Assembly (NCBI GenBank): GCA_905234185.1 | Contig: CAJOGC010000001.1 | Span: 31,765 to 95,764 of the forward strand | Direction of reading: 5' to 3' | From: an uncultured Alphaproteobacteria bacterium | GTDB lineage: Bacteria > Pseudomonadota > Alphaproteobacteria > Rs-D84 | DNA: 64,000 bases | Shown: piece by piece, positions 1-9,838 of the stretch | Position numbering within the stretch: the stretch's first letter is position 1 | Layout: each line of letters begins with the position of its first letter | Made by a program: the position numbers and the translations under genes | The notes under the pieces: generated by a model | Databases searched by the model: none | What the model was told of the DNA's origin: nothing | The model's input: only the letters and a program-made list of their open reading frames with translations

Positions 1-186
1 ATCAATCAACATACTGTACAAATTACCGATGTGCATAAAACCCGTGGGACTTGGCGCAAAACGCGTCACGAACGCCCCATCTGGCAAATCACGTGGCGGA
101 AACTTTGCCTCTAATTCCGCGATTGTCCATTTCGGTTCCGCGCCCAATACACGTGCAATTAAATCTTTATCTAAACCATTACGCAT
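1..186 (-). CDS. gltX: Glutamate--tRNA ligase, N-terminal part (runs off window start)
   Basis: Manual translation of the minus strand from ATG at 186: [20 protein letters not shown]...[24 protein letters not shown], containing the RFAPSPTG + HIGH signature. Not in the ORF track. Confidence 0.9.
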   Translation of the reverse strand, partial: MRNGLDKDLIARVLGAEPKWTIAELEAKFPPRDLPDGAFVTRFAPSPTGFMHIGNLYSMLID

Positions 187-742
187 TTTGTTTTCCTTTT
201 TCCCATTCTGACCTTAATTTAGAATATTCACAACTATCATGAATCGAACCATCCGGCCATACCCGATCGGCACGCATAATACCGTCCAATGTATATCCAT
301 TCTTTTCGGCAATTTTACGAGATGCAATATTTTTCGGATTACAATTTAACTTTAATTTATTTATATCCAAGGTTTCAAAAGCAATATCTTCTATTGTTGG
401 CAACAATTTATTTATTACACCCGCGCCCCGTGCAGATTCTTTTAGCCAATACCCAACAAAAGCAAATTTGTTTGCCCCAGAAAATCCTGTTAACCCAATT
501 TCACCTAAAAATTCATCACCTTTGTATATGCCGTACAAATATGGCTGTGTATATCCTTCTCGCATTTTTAGAGATACAAACACATCAAGCGCACTTTGAT
601 AATCATCATTTGGCACCCAAAAACGTAAGTTTTTCATATCCTTAGAGAATATGTCATACAACATCTTTGCATTATCATGTGTCGCCTCTACTGGACGCAA
701 AACAAATTCATAAACGTTTATTTGTTTTGGAAACTCTGCCAT
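179..742 (-). CDS. GNAT N-acetyltransferase, RimJ/RimL family
   Basis: VGYWL...[18 protein letters not shown] motifs. Start placed at 742 from RBS spacing (ORF extends to 751). Confidence 0.85.
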   Translation of the reverse strand: MAEFPKQINVYEFVLRPVEATHDNAKMLYDIFSKDMKNLRFWVPNDDYQSALDVFVSLKMREGYTQPYLYGIYKGDEFLGEIGLTGFSGANKFAFVGYWLKESARGAGVINKLLPTIEDIAFETLDINKLKLNCNPKNIASRKIAEKNGYTLDGIMRADRVWPDGSIHDSCEYSKLRSEWEKGKQNA

Positions 743-788
743 AATAATCATCCTTGTTTTTCAAATATTATGATTTTATACTAAATAT

Positions 789-1424
789 ATGCAAAATCAA
801 GAGATACGAACTTTTGGCCGGCGTCATGGCAAAAAACTCTCCGCACGAAAATTGTGGCTGATGGATAATATTTTACCGGTGATTTTACCAAAAAATGTAA
901 AAAAGGCCGGGAATTTGATTTTGGAAATCGGGTTCGGAAATGGCGAACATGTGCGCGACCTGGCACACGTCAACCCCGATTCGATTATTATTGGTGCGGA
1001 ACCATTTGCAAATGGGGTTGCCGCCCTGCTTTCTGCCATATGCGACGAAAAGACGAATGAAATTCTGCCTGAATATACAAATATCAGAATATGGCCGGAC
1101 GATGTTCGTGATTACCTGCGTGAAACCGATTCGCAATTTTCGCAAATTTGGGTTCTGCACCCGGATCCGTGGCCCAAGGCACGGCATGAAAAACGCCGTT
1201 TGCTTTCCGCCGAATTTATAACAATGCTGGCAACACATCTTGAAAAGCAAGGTCAGATTATTATCGGCACGGACCACTGGGAATATTTTGATTGGATTTT
1301 GGCACAATTAACCACCACAAAATTGAAATATTCAACCCCAGACATGAAAACGATTCATACGCGGTACGCCGAAAAAAACAAGGCGGGTACGACCGCCCCA
1401 AAATACATTATTATTGAAAAGTAA
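789..1424 (+). CDS. trmB: tRNA (guanine-N7)-methyltransferase
   Basis: LEIGFGNGEH, GAEPF, PDPWPKARHEKRRL and TD motifs. Confidence 0.95.
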   Translation: MQNQEIRTFGRRHGKKLSARKLWLMDNILPVILPKNVKKAGNLILEIGFGNGEHVRDLAHVNPDSIIIGAEPFANGVAALLSAICDEKTNEILPEYTNIRIWPDDVRDYLRETDSQFSQIWVLHPDPWPKARHEKRRLLSAEFITMLATHLEKQGQIIIGTDHWEYFDWILAQLTTTKLKYSTPDMKTIHTRYAEKNKAGTTAPKYIIIEK

Positions 1425-1464
1425 AAAACGCGCTATATACACCATTCTGGCGCATAGAACAATT

Positions 1465-2136
1465 TCAATTATCAATCCAGAATAATGTTTTCGATACCGT
1501 ATCGTGACGTAATTGTTCGACCAAACGGAACGATTGGTCTATACGCGCGGCATTTTCACCCAACATAAAATGCAGTTCCCCGTGCCAATCGCCCATATCT
1601 GTATTAAGCATCGCATATACGCGTCCAACAAAATCAGATTTATCACCATCGTCATGCGACAAAAACAAAGTTAACGAATCGGCCCGCACGGCCCGCAACG
1701 CCCCGAATACATTTTCCCAATCATCGTGATTTATTTCATTTACATCGATTCCAACAGACAAAGTTTTATTGAAAAACAAATCATCCCGAACAAATTTCAA
1801 TTCTGAAACGAATCGGTCCATATCGCGCGCCCGAACAAAAACAATCGCCCCGTCCGCACCATCACGAAAAGCCCCGGTAATCCGCGATGATAAATCAGAC
1901 ATAACCGCATCATCTGGTGACTTATCAACCATAAAACGTGTAATTATTTTTACATTCGTATTTTCAATCCATGGCCAAAGTTGCGTAATCGCCCCCGGCA
2001 AAATCGATATTGCGCGTAATTTATTAGTAATCGCGGTACCCGCCGCGGCCGCCAAATCGGCACCGACACAATTCACATCACACCACAACCCCATATTATC
2101 ACGCACCTGGTCTAAAAAATTGTTTTGTTCCATCAT
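1465..2136 (-). CDS. Hypothetical protein, possibly a degenerate DeoC/class I aldolase-like TIM barrel
   Basis: 223-aa ORF. The pattern ISILP...VKI...AFRDGADG resembles DeoC (VCV.P...VKV...A...GADE). Confidence 0.45.
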   Translation of the reverse strand: MMEQNNFLDQVRDNMGLWCDVNCVGADLAAAAGTAITNKLRAISILPGAITQLWPWIENTNVKIITRFMVDKSPDDAVMSDLSSRITGAFRDGADGAIVFVRARDMDRFVSELKFVRDDLFFNKTLSVGIDVNEINHDDWENVFGALRAVRADSLTLFLSHDDGDKSDFVGRVYAMLNTDMGDWHGELHFMLGENAARIDQSFRLVEQLRHDTVSKTLFWIDN

Positions 2137-2174
2137 TGTACTTTTTACTTTATCATAAATATGCTACAATACAA

Positions 2175-3101
2175 ATGATGAATAAAATTAATAACATTTT
2201 AATCGGGTTGCTTTGGCTGTTGGCCGTGACATTGGGTTCGACATTTTGGTTCAATACAATGTTCGGTTTCAATATTTTTTCGATTCAACACTGGCAACAT
2301 CTTGCCTATGTCCAGGCAACGGGTCAAACCGTAAAACCGACATTTTATATTTCTGTTGTTATTGCAGTATTACTTGCCATGTTCGGTTTATATAAATTAT
2401 TGCAGCCGCGTTTTCGCAAGACAGTGCTACAATTATCTGACAACCCCATGCCAGAGCACCAAGGAACCTCCCCCCAGATGCCAGCCATCCAACAAACACA
2501 ACAATATGAGAATACTGCATCGGCATCCACAACGTCCCAGATGTCCACAACAGACAACAATAGCCCCGACACAGGCATAACATCGACCGCCGACCGGCCA
2601 CCACGATTAAACATCCCAACGATTACCCGCACTGAAACCGTGCCACGCGTTCCTTTGGCCGCCGCCCAAATAACACACAAAAATCCCGAAACAGAATACG
2701 CCGATATCCGCAATATATTCGAATCTGCGGGCTATGTATTCAAGGGCATGCCAAAAATCAAGAATGTGCAAATCGCGACGGTTGCTATTGGTACAGGCGA
2801 GATTCTTTGGATTGGTGCTGTTGATGTTAAAAATAGTGATATGCAACGCGCAGTCCAGACATTATCTGGCGTATTTACCGATACACTGGAAGACATAGAA
2901 ATCCATATTCGTGCATTTGTAATCGCCGCACCCGATGCTGCAAACGCGCCATCAGACATTTTACAATTTGCATCTGTGGAAGATTTGCGCAACTATATAA
3001 ACGATGTTCCAAATACGCCGCCGGATGCGGACGAAGCGGATAATTTTGACGCATATTCTGGATACATCGGAACAGTTATGGATTACATAGGAAAGATATA
3101 A
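2175..3101 (+). CDS. Hypothetical membrane protein with two N-terminal TM helices, a Q/T/P-rich linker and a C-terminal globular domain
   Basis: Hydrophobic N-terminal segments. Extended -10 (TGcTACAAT, 2162-2170) lies just upstream. TAATG coupling to the next gene. Confidence 0.75.
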   Translation: MMNKINNILIGLLWLLAVTLGSTFWFNTMFGFNIFSIQHWQHLAYVQATGQTVKPTFYISVVIAVLLAMFGLYKLLQPRFRKTVLQLSDNPMPEHQGTSPQMPAIQQTQQYENTASASTTSQMSTTDNNSPDTGITSTADRPPRLNIPTITRTETVPRVPLAAAQITHKNPETEYADIRNIFESAGYVFKGMPKIKNVQIATVAIGTGEILWIGAVDVKNSDMQRAVQTLSGVFTDTLEDIEIHIRAFVIAAPDAANAPSDILQFASVEDLRNYINDVPNTPPDADEADNFDAYSGYIGTVMDYIGKI

Positions 3102-3607
3102 TGCACTGGTCCCAGGAAGTTGCAGAAAAAAGAATAGCAGATTTAGGCATGAAAGATTTGCCACTGGTCCAAATACACCCATTGCCCCACCCGGTACCCC
3201 AAGACTGGTACACAAAATATCACGATTTTATTCACGAATTTGTAAAAACACTTGGCGACTCTATTTCTGAACTGGCATATATGAACCTGCCCCAGGGGGA
3301 TTTTATAGACTTGGTTATGGGGCATCGCATGCCGGATAACTTATCCTTAAGACTGCGCACCCCGTTGGTTTGGGGCGGCAAACTGGAACCAGACAATATG
3401 TTTTTATGTACGACTTTTCCACATTCCTACAACATGGACCGATTTATAATTGAACAGAATGGCAACGACCTTATCTGGATGCCAAATCCCGCAAAAAAGG
3501 TTTATTGGCCTGTACACATGATGAATGGTGGTGACGGTGGAAATGCGACATCTGACCGATTAAGCCAAATGGCCGCGCAAATCGCGGCTTCGCGTGGAAT
3601 GGAATAG
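3101..3607 (+). CDS. Hypothetical protein, degenerate HNH-nuclease-like
   Basis: GHRMPDNLSLRLRTPLVWGGKLEPDNMFL aligns by eye with the G..P.G..VHH..PL..GG.N...NL.L pattern of HNH toxins but lacks the HH. Confidence 0.55.
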   Translation: MHWSQEVAEKRIADLGMKDLPLVQIHPLPHPVPQDWYTKYHDFIHEFVKTLGDSISELAYMNLPQGDFIDLVMGHRMPDNLSLRLRTPLVWGGKLEPDNMFLCTTFPHSYNMDRFIIEQNGNDLIWMPNPAKKVYWPVHMMNGGDGGNATSDRLSQMAAQIAASRGME

Positions 3608-3611
3608 AAAC

Positions 3612-4046
3612 ATGAATACAAACGAATTTTTATCTTTGATGAAATCCCATGGTGCAACGCTATACCCCCCCACGGACATACGCGACACCACATTGGCAAA
3701 CGATGTGCTTAAATCGCGCCGATGTGCAATGATTCCGGCCGTTCTTATTGATTTATATAAATCGGCATCTGCCATTAACCTGGGGACTGGATATATTTTT
3801 GGACCAACCGAATGCGCACGTGGCACACGTTTTCCGATACCTTCGATTGTCCAAATTAATATGGACATGCTTGGGAATGACGCTTTATTCGGCAAAACAG
3901 TGTTTGGCCGAAACGATTTATTTTGGTTCGCATTCGATGCGTTCGGCGCGTTCTATATGCTTGATAACCTGAACTTGCGCGTTTTAAAAAAATATGACGA
4001 TCCATATCGGGCTATGTCCGATTGTTTAATCGCGGGTAAATTTTAA
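3612..4046 (+). CDS. SMI1/KNR4 (SUKH) family protein
   Basis: PPT...IPAVLIDLYK...IFGP...VFG..D...FAFD..G.F is the SUKH immunity fold pattern. Confidence 0.7.
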   Translation: MNTNEFLSLMKSHGATLYPPTDIRDTTLANDVLKSRRCAMIPAVLIDLYKSASAINLGTGYIFGPTECARGTRFPIPSIVQINMDMLGNDALFGKTVFGRNDLFWFAFDAFGAFYMLDNLNLRVLKKYDDPYRAMSDCLIAGKF

Positions 4047-4047
4047 T

Positions 4048-4263
4048 ATGAAAAAAATATCGGTATCTTTATCGGGTCACCAAACCAGTATTTCGCTGGA
4101 ACCAGAATTCGTAGATGCGCTTAATCAAATTTCAAAACACGATAAAGTTTCTGTCGCATCGATTATACAAAATATTGACGACACTCGTTCACCTGAATCT
4201 AATCTTTCGTCTGCGGTGCGTTCATACATATTACGCCGATACATGCAAGAATCAAAATTATAA
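4048..4263 (+). CDS. Ribbon-helix-helix domain protein (RHH_4 type)
   Basis: KISVSLSGHQTSISLEPEF..AL..I...NLSSAVR. Confidence 0.85.
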   Translation: MKKISVSLSGHQTSISLEPEFVDALNQISKHDKVSVASIIQNIDDTRSPESNLSSAVRSYILRRYMQESKL

Positions 4264-6211
4264 TCATTATTCCGTCTCGGCCGATTTTACGATACACCGT
4301 GTCGTGCGCACCCCATACAGTACCGTCTAAAACCCCCGCTTGACCTATTGGCAATGATGATAATATTTCGCCATTTGATAATACAAATGCACTTATACCA
4401 GAATAATTTGCTCTTATAACCGGCAACCCTGATTCAATTGCATAGCGACGAACCATATCCAAATGCTGGTATGTTCCGGGCGTTTTGCCGAACCAAGTAT
4501 CATTTGTAATGTTTACTATCGCATTTGGGGTTAAATCTGCACGTGGAACCAGTGAATCAGAAAATATAATCTCGTAGCAAATTGCCGGGGCAAAAATAAA
4601 TTCGCCGTTTTCCGTATCGATTGTTATCAGTTCCGCCCCGCCCCCATGCGCCAAGTGCACAGGCGAAGGCATAAACCCAAAAAGACTATACTCACCAAAT
4701 GGGACCAGATGTGATTTGTTGTATACATTATAAATATTGCCATCAGATGACGCGATTGCCATAGAATTATATGATTTTCCATCTGAAAAATAATTTGTTC
4801 CTATGATAACATTTGTTTTCAATGCACTTGCCAACGGCATATCATCACCATCAATCAACGTATATGGATATGTCGTTTCCGGAAAAACTATCAAATCAGG
4901 ATTCTCTGCGTCCGCTGCCAATTGAAATAAACGAATCATGTTTTCTTCGGCACGTTTCAGCGCGTCCGCACGTGAATAAACCATCTTTTGAGATTGTGAC
5001 TGTGCGGGTTGAACAATGCGTATCATTGCATTTGTTTTGTTATCATTCGATGCGACATGAATATTATACATGCCGTAAAATCCGCCACATAGCGCAATTA
5101 TAACAAAGAACAAAAACACACCCCAGGAACGCCTTGATTTAACATTTCGTAATAATTCAACACCCTCGGCAATTAATCCAACAATGATAAATGTTAACCC
5201 CAATGCCCCCCATAATGACATTGAATTAGCAATCATCGGGAACGGCAATGCTATATTCGCAACAGGATTCCATGGGAACCCGGAAAAAATCCATTCACGC
5301 ATCCATAAAACTAATGTCCAAACCCCGGCAAACATGAACACGCGTGCCCCAGGTGTTATACGGCCACGCGCAATGGATACAAACGGAACAGAAAAGAACA
5401 TAGCCCCAAAAACACCAATTCCTATTAATGCCGGCGCAGTCCATATTGCAAATTGTTTCGTTAATTCTGGAACAACATATATAGAATCAAGGGTCCACCA
5501 CAACATTGATATCGCATACATAATACCAAACGGTGACACACGCAAAAACTCACGCCACAAGACATCGTATTTTGTCCGCCGTATCGTTAACCAATAAGCA
5601 CCTGCAATTCCAAATACGGTTGCAAACCAACAATAAAAAGGTGCAAACCCAAACGCCGCTATGCCACCAAACAATGCATATAGCGCATATTGCCAAAAAC
5701 CGTTTTCACGGATTTTCAACTTTGTTAAAAACGCAATAGTGTGTGATCCAGGACAACATTTACCATTTGTACATGATATATTTTCATCATCTGCATATGG
5801 GTTTTTATAACCTAATTTTTTCATAATAGAAATCTCTTTGGACTCCATAATTTTTGCTTCGTCATCCAAAATATGGTCATATCCACGCAGATGCAACATG
5901 CCATGAACAACCATATGTACCACATGTTCCTGGACAGATATATTAGCCGCATCTGCTTCACGCATCACTGTATCTAATGAAATATAAATATCGCCCAATA
6001 ACAAATCGTCCCCCAGTTCAAATGACAGAACATTAGTTGGTTTATCCATACCGCGATATTTTTTATTAAGTTTATGTATTTCCTTATCATTGGTAAGTAT
6101 TATCGACACTTCGGCATCTTTATTTTTTGGTCCCGCCGCATTTGCAACACGTGCAAAATCAATGTCGTATTTTTCCCAACGTTTATCATTATAATTTACA
6201 TAAACCTGCAT
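4199..6211 (-). CDS. ybeY-lnt: Fusion of rRNA maturation endoribonuclease YbeY and apolipoprotein N-acyltransferase Lnt
   Basis: N-terminus has LNKKYRGMDKPTNVLSF and HGMLHLRGYDH. C-terminus has TM helices, FPWN, FPET, YNKSHLVPFGE and AICYE (E-K-C triad). One uninterrupted 670-aa ORF. Confidence 0.92.
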   Translation of the reverse strand: MQVYVNYNDKRWEKYDIDFARVANAAGPKNKDAEVSIILTNDKEIHKLNKKYRGMDKPTNVLSFELGDDLLLGDIYISLDTVMREADAANISVQEHVVHMVVHGMLHLRGYDHILDDEAKIMESKEISIMKKLGYKNPYADDENISCTNGKCCPGSHTIAFLTKLKIRENGFWQYALYALFGGIAAFGFAPFYCWFATVFGIAGAYWLTIRRTKYDVLWREFLRVSPFGIMYAISMLWWTLDSIYVVPELTKQFAIWTAPALIGIGVFGAMFFSVPFVSIARGRITPGARVFMFAGVWTLVLWMREWIFSGFPWNPVANIALPFPMIANSMSLWGALGLTFIIVGLIAEGVELLRNVKSRRSWGVFLFFVIIALCGGFYGMYNIHVASNDNKTNAMIRIVQPAQSQSQKMVYSRADALKRAEENMIRLFQLAADAENPDLIVFPETTYPYTLIDGDDMPLASALKTNVIIGTNYFSDGKSYNSMAIASSDGNIYNVYNKSHLVPFGEYSLFGFMPSPVHLAHGGGAELITIDTENGEFIFAPAICYEIIFSDSLVPRADLTPNAIVNITNDTWFGKTPGTYQHLDMVRRYAIESGLPVIRANYSGISAFVLSNGEILSSLPIGQAGVLDGTVWGAHDTVYRKIGRDGIMIIILILACIGVICMNAPQTKD

Positions 6212-6234
6212 GTTATTTTCCTCTCTATGTGCAT

Positions 6235-8061
6235 CTAGGCGCGGTATTCCGCATTTTTAATATTATGCACGACATCTTTTTTTACAACCTTTGATTTAAT
6301 CCGTGCAGACGCCTCATTAAAAGCAGTTTTCTTTGTATTTGTTGTATTTCGTTCTTTTATCATATTTGCAACACGGGTGACATCTGACTGAACGCGACTA
6401 TTACCATTTGCAACAGATAATTTATAATTAGCCAATGCCTTTTGCAAATTCCCTTTTTGTTCATATGCATATCCAGCATTATACTGGGCGGCGGCATATT
6501 GTGATTTATCACCAATACGATTAACAATTTCCTGGGCATGTTTTATTGCATCATCATATCGTTTCAATCGATTATATGTGGCCGCTAAATCATTATGCAA
6601 CAATGCATTATCAGGGTATTTGTTGACTAATTCCTCATATTTAGATGCGGCATCGTTATACTTTCTACTTTTATATAACCCCAGAGCATATTGATATTCA
6701 GAATCAAAATCGTTGTTTTTTGTAATCTTGTCTTTAGATTTGACATCATCAGACCTTAAATGAATTATTTTTTCTTTTGGACCGCTGTCAAACTTACGGC
6801 CACGTCTGATAACATCAACTTCGTCCATGGTAAGATAGTTCATAACAGGTTCTTGAATCGTCCCCATTGTTTTACGATGTTTTGTTTGTAATAACATTTC
6901 ATTAATATTGTCGGGAACAATTATTCCATTTACACGACCATTACTGCCATATGTTAACAGGCGTCCAGGTTCTTCACCAGATGTATGATTATTTTTTTGA
7001 TATTTTTTTACAGCATCTTCTATTGTATATGGCGATTCGGCAATCGCGTACAATATTGTTGTATCACGCACATTCCCGGCATAATACAATGCGCTAACCG
7101 CATATTTATTGGCCAACCCACCCCATCGTGTCGAACGACGACCACCAAATGCATTTATATATGTCTGTAAAATAACATCGTCAGAATTTCCTGCGTTTAC
7201 AGCATCACGCACAACATGCCCTGTATTCCCATCACGGTATGTTTTATCGCCTCTGTTATATCCAGCAACCGCTAAAATAGTGAACAACTTGTAATCCAGT
7301 GGTTTTTTAAATTCCGCCTTGATTTCTGGATACACCCTTTCTTTTAACCACGATTCTGCAAGCAATCGTGCTTCACTTTTAGTGACATGAAAATCACTAG
7401 ATGATACGGGTCTCTCTAAAACACGTTCTGCAAATTTAATGTGCACCTCATCGTCTATGGTAAATCCGGCACCAACTGTTGATGTACCATTACCACCATT
7501 ATCATCATAAGAATCCGCAATAAAACCCTCACTTGAAAAAATATGTGCAACCACATAAGGATGAATCGCATCTATTTGTTTTTTCCATGTTTCATCATCT
7601 GCGTTTGGATCTAATTTAAATCCTTCTACTTCACCATCATGGTGCCGTATTTCGTTCAACACTTTTTCTATACGTGCTTTGATAACAGAATCTTCAGAAT
7701 TCAGATCTTGAGAAACCTTATATCCACCAACCACACTTGCCAGCAACATCCACCACGAAACGATTGCGGTAAAGTTCGGATTTTTCTTTACGAATTTCGG
7801 GAACTTTTTTTCTTTACCGTTTTTATTTTTTCCAACTTTTACCTTTGCAAAAACTTTTTCACCGCCCCGTGTTATAAAATTGTCCAATGGAACATGCGCC
7901 GCCAACCATAGTACTATTTGCATTGCCGCCACAGTTCCCATACCCGCACCACGTGCGATTTTACCACCTGTCTTTTGTGGATTTGTATTTTTGATTTTTT
8001 TACCAACATTTCCAACAGCACGATGCGGTGCATTAACAATTTTACGAAACTTCTCTGACAT
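6235..8061 (-). CDS. Membrane-anchored protein with a lysozyme (GH24)-like domain and C-terminal TPR repeats
   Basis: SSEGFIADSYDDNGGNGTSTVGAGFT resembles the E..D..T phage-lysozyme motif; AGYNRG; TPR helices (YNDAASKYEELVNKYPDN, YNAGYAYEQKGNLQKALANY). Confidence 0.6.
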   Translation of the reverse strand: MSEKFRKIVNAPHRAVGNVGKKIKNTNPQKTGGKIARGAGMGTVAAMQIVLWLAAHVPLDNFITRGGEKVFAKVKVGKNKNGKEKKFPKFVKKNPNFTAIVSWWMLLASVVGGYKVSQDLNSEDSVIKARIEKVLNEIRHHDGEVEGFKLDPNADDETWKKQIDAIHPYVVAHIFSSEGFIADSYDDNGGNGTSTVGAGFTIDDEVHIKFAERVLERPVSSSDFHVTKSEARLLAESWLKERVYPEIKAEFKKPLDYKLFTILAVAGYNRGDKTYRDGNTGHVVRDAVNAGNSDDVILQTYINAFGGRRSTRWGGLANKYAVSALYYAGNVRDTTILYAIAESPYTIEDAVKKYQKNNHTSGEEPGRLLTYGSNGRVNGIIVPDNINEMLLQTKHRKTMGTIQEPVMNYLTMDEVDVIRRGRKFDSGPKEKIIHLRSDDVKSKDKITKNNDFDSEYQYALGLYKSRKYNDAASKYEELVNKYPDNALLHNDLAATYNRLKRYDDAIKHAQEIVNRIGDKSQYAAAQYNAGYAYEQKGNLQKALANYKLSVANGNSRVQSDVTRVANMIKERNTTNTKKTAFNEASARIKSKVVKKDVVHNIKNAEYRA

Positions 8062-8073
8062 TTATATTCCTTT

Positions 8074-8436
8074 TTACTTCTTTCCAAATCCAGTTTTCTT
8101 GGCAATTTTGGAACGCGTGACCGCATAGTTCGGCGCCACAAACGGATAGTCATGTGGCAACCCCCATTTTTCACGATACTGATCCGGGGTTAAATTATAT
8201 TTACGCTTTATATACCGACGCAGCATGATGTGCCATGTGCCGTCTTCCAGGCACTGAATCCGATCCGGCCGCACAGATTTCGCAATTTCCGATTCGGTCG
8301 CCGCATGCCCCAACAGGGTTATTCGCGCCTGGGCCACCGCCGCCGCCATGGTAAGTTTCGGATTCGCCGCCATTGCCGCCGCCGCCAGGTTTGCGACCGC
8401 CAATGCAACTTCGGCATCTTTTGCATTATTTACCAA
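8074..8436 (-). CDS. mucR: Ros/MucR family transcriptional regulator
   Basis: IQCLEDG...LRRY...YNLTPDQYREKWGLPHDYPFVAPNY...RS.IAK..G.G. Confidence 0.92.
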   Translation of the reverse strand: MVNNAKDAEVALAVANLAAAAMAANPKLTMAAAVAQARITLLGHAATESEIAKSVRPDRIQCLEDGTWHIMLRRYIKRKYNLTPDQYREKWGLPHDYPFVAPNYAVTRSKIAKKTGFGKK

Positions 8437-8505
8437 TTGATAACCTCTTATTTATTTATTACAATTATTATACCACAAATAAAACACAAGTAAAATATAA
8501 GTAAA

Positions 8506-9783
8506 ATGAATAATGACAACCGACCTTTGGCCGATTTAATGCGTCCCAACACTATCAATGAAGTGCTGGGCCAGGTCGCGTTACTGGGTGAAAATGGCTT
8601 GGTTCGCCGCATGGTTGAAAACCAGAAATTATCCAACCTGATTTTATGGGGGCCACCGGGCTGTGGCAAAACCACAATCGCGCGTGCATTGGCAAATTCG
8701 GTTGATATGGACTTTGTGCCGATGTCCGCGGTATTTTCCGGTACCGCCGACATTAAAAAGGCAGTCGAGGCCGCAAAACTTCGCAAACAAATCGGTCGTG
8801 GCACTTTGTTGTTCATCGACGAAATTCACCGATTTAATAAAACGCAACAGGATACATTATTGCCGTATTTAGAAGACGGTACTGTTGTCTTTATTGGTGC
8901 GACAACTGAAAACCCATCGTTTAATTTAAACAACGCGTTGCTGTCGCGTTGCCATGTCGGCGTTCTGGAACCATTGGGCACCGACGATTTAATGGAATTG
9001 ATGAACCGCACTGAAAAGTTTACAGGTAAAAAATTGCCACTGGACGCATCGGCACGCACACATTTGGCACAAATGGCGGATGGCGACGCGCGGTTTTTAT
9101 TAAACACCATTGAATATTTATTAAACGCAAATTTCAAAAAAGAATTGTCGCCCGACGAACTGGACAACGCGATTCAAAAACGTGCACCATTATCGGACAA
9201 ATCTGGCGATGAACACTATAATTTAATTTCCGCGGTGCATAAATCACTGCGTGCATCTGACACCGATGCGGCGCTTTATTGGGTTGCGCGGATGATGACA
9301 TCGGGCCAGGATCCAATGTATATATTCCGTCGTTTGACAAGATTCGCAATGGAAGATGTGGGGCTTGCCGATCCAAACGCGATTCAAATGGCAATTGCAA
9401 CATGGAACGCGTATGAAAGAATGGGATCGCCAGAGGGTGATATAGCACTTGCGGAATTGGTTGTATACCTGGGCACCGCACCAAAAAGCAATCGGTTGGA
9501 CAAGGCGATTCATGCCGCATATGCGGCGGCGGTTGAAACAGGATCGTTAATGCCACCAAAAAACATTTTAAATGCCCCAACCCGCATGATGAAAAATATG
9601 GGGTATGGTGCGGGCTATGTATATGAACCCGACACCGAAAGCGGTTTTTCCGGCCAGAATTGTTTCCCTGAAAAAATGGGACGCCGCACATTTTACACAC
9701 CGGTCGAACGCGGTTTCGAACGCGAAATCAAAAAGCGTCTTGAATATTGGAATTCCCTGCGTGAACAATTGGGCAAAAAATGA
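8506..9783 (+). CDS. rarA: Replication-associated recombination protein A (AAA+ ATPase)
   Basis: PLADLMRP, WGPPGCGKTT, FIDEIHRFNK, GATTENPSF, PKSN. Confidence 0.96.
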   Translation: MNNDNRPLADLMRPNTINEVLGQVALLGENGLVRRMVENQKLSNLILWGPPGCGKTTIARALANSVDMDFVPMSAVFSGTADIKKAVEAAKLRKQIGRGTLLFIDEIHRFNKTQQDTLLPYLEDGTVVFIGATTENPSFNLNNALLSRCHVGVLEPLGTDDLMELMNRTEKFTGKKLPLDASARTHLAQMADGDARFLLNTIEYLLNANFKKELSPDELDNAIQKRAPLSDKSGDEHYNLISAVHKSLRASDTDAALYWVARMMTSGQDPMYIFRRLTRFAMEDVGLADPNAIQMAIATWNAYERMGSPEGDIALAELVVYLGTAPKSNRLDKAIHAAYAAAVETGSLMPPKNILNAPTRMMKNMGYGAGYVYEPDTESGFSGQNCFPEKMGRRTFYTPVERGFEREIKKRLEYWNSLREQLGKK

Positions 9784-9838
9784 TTGTAGGTTATATGTTA
9801 AATCGCTGCTATGCGATCACTTTGTTCTAATGGTTTTA

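Noticed and set aside
6235..8436. Prophage lysis module
   Set aside because: No holin, spanin, structural or integrase genes are nearby, and the flanks are housekeeping genes.
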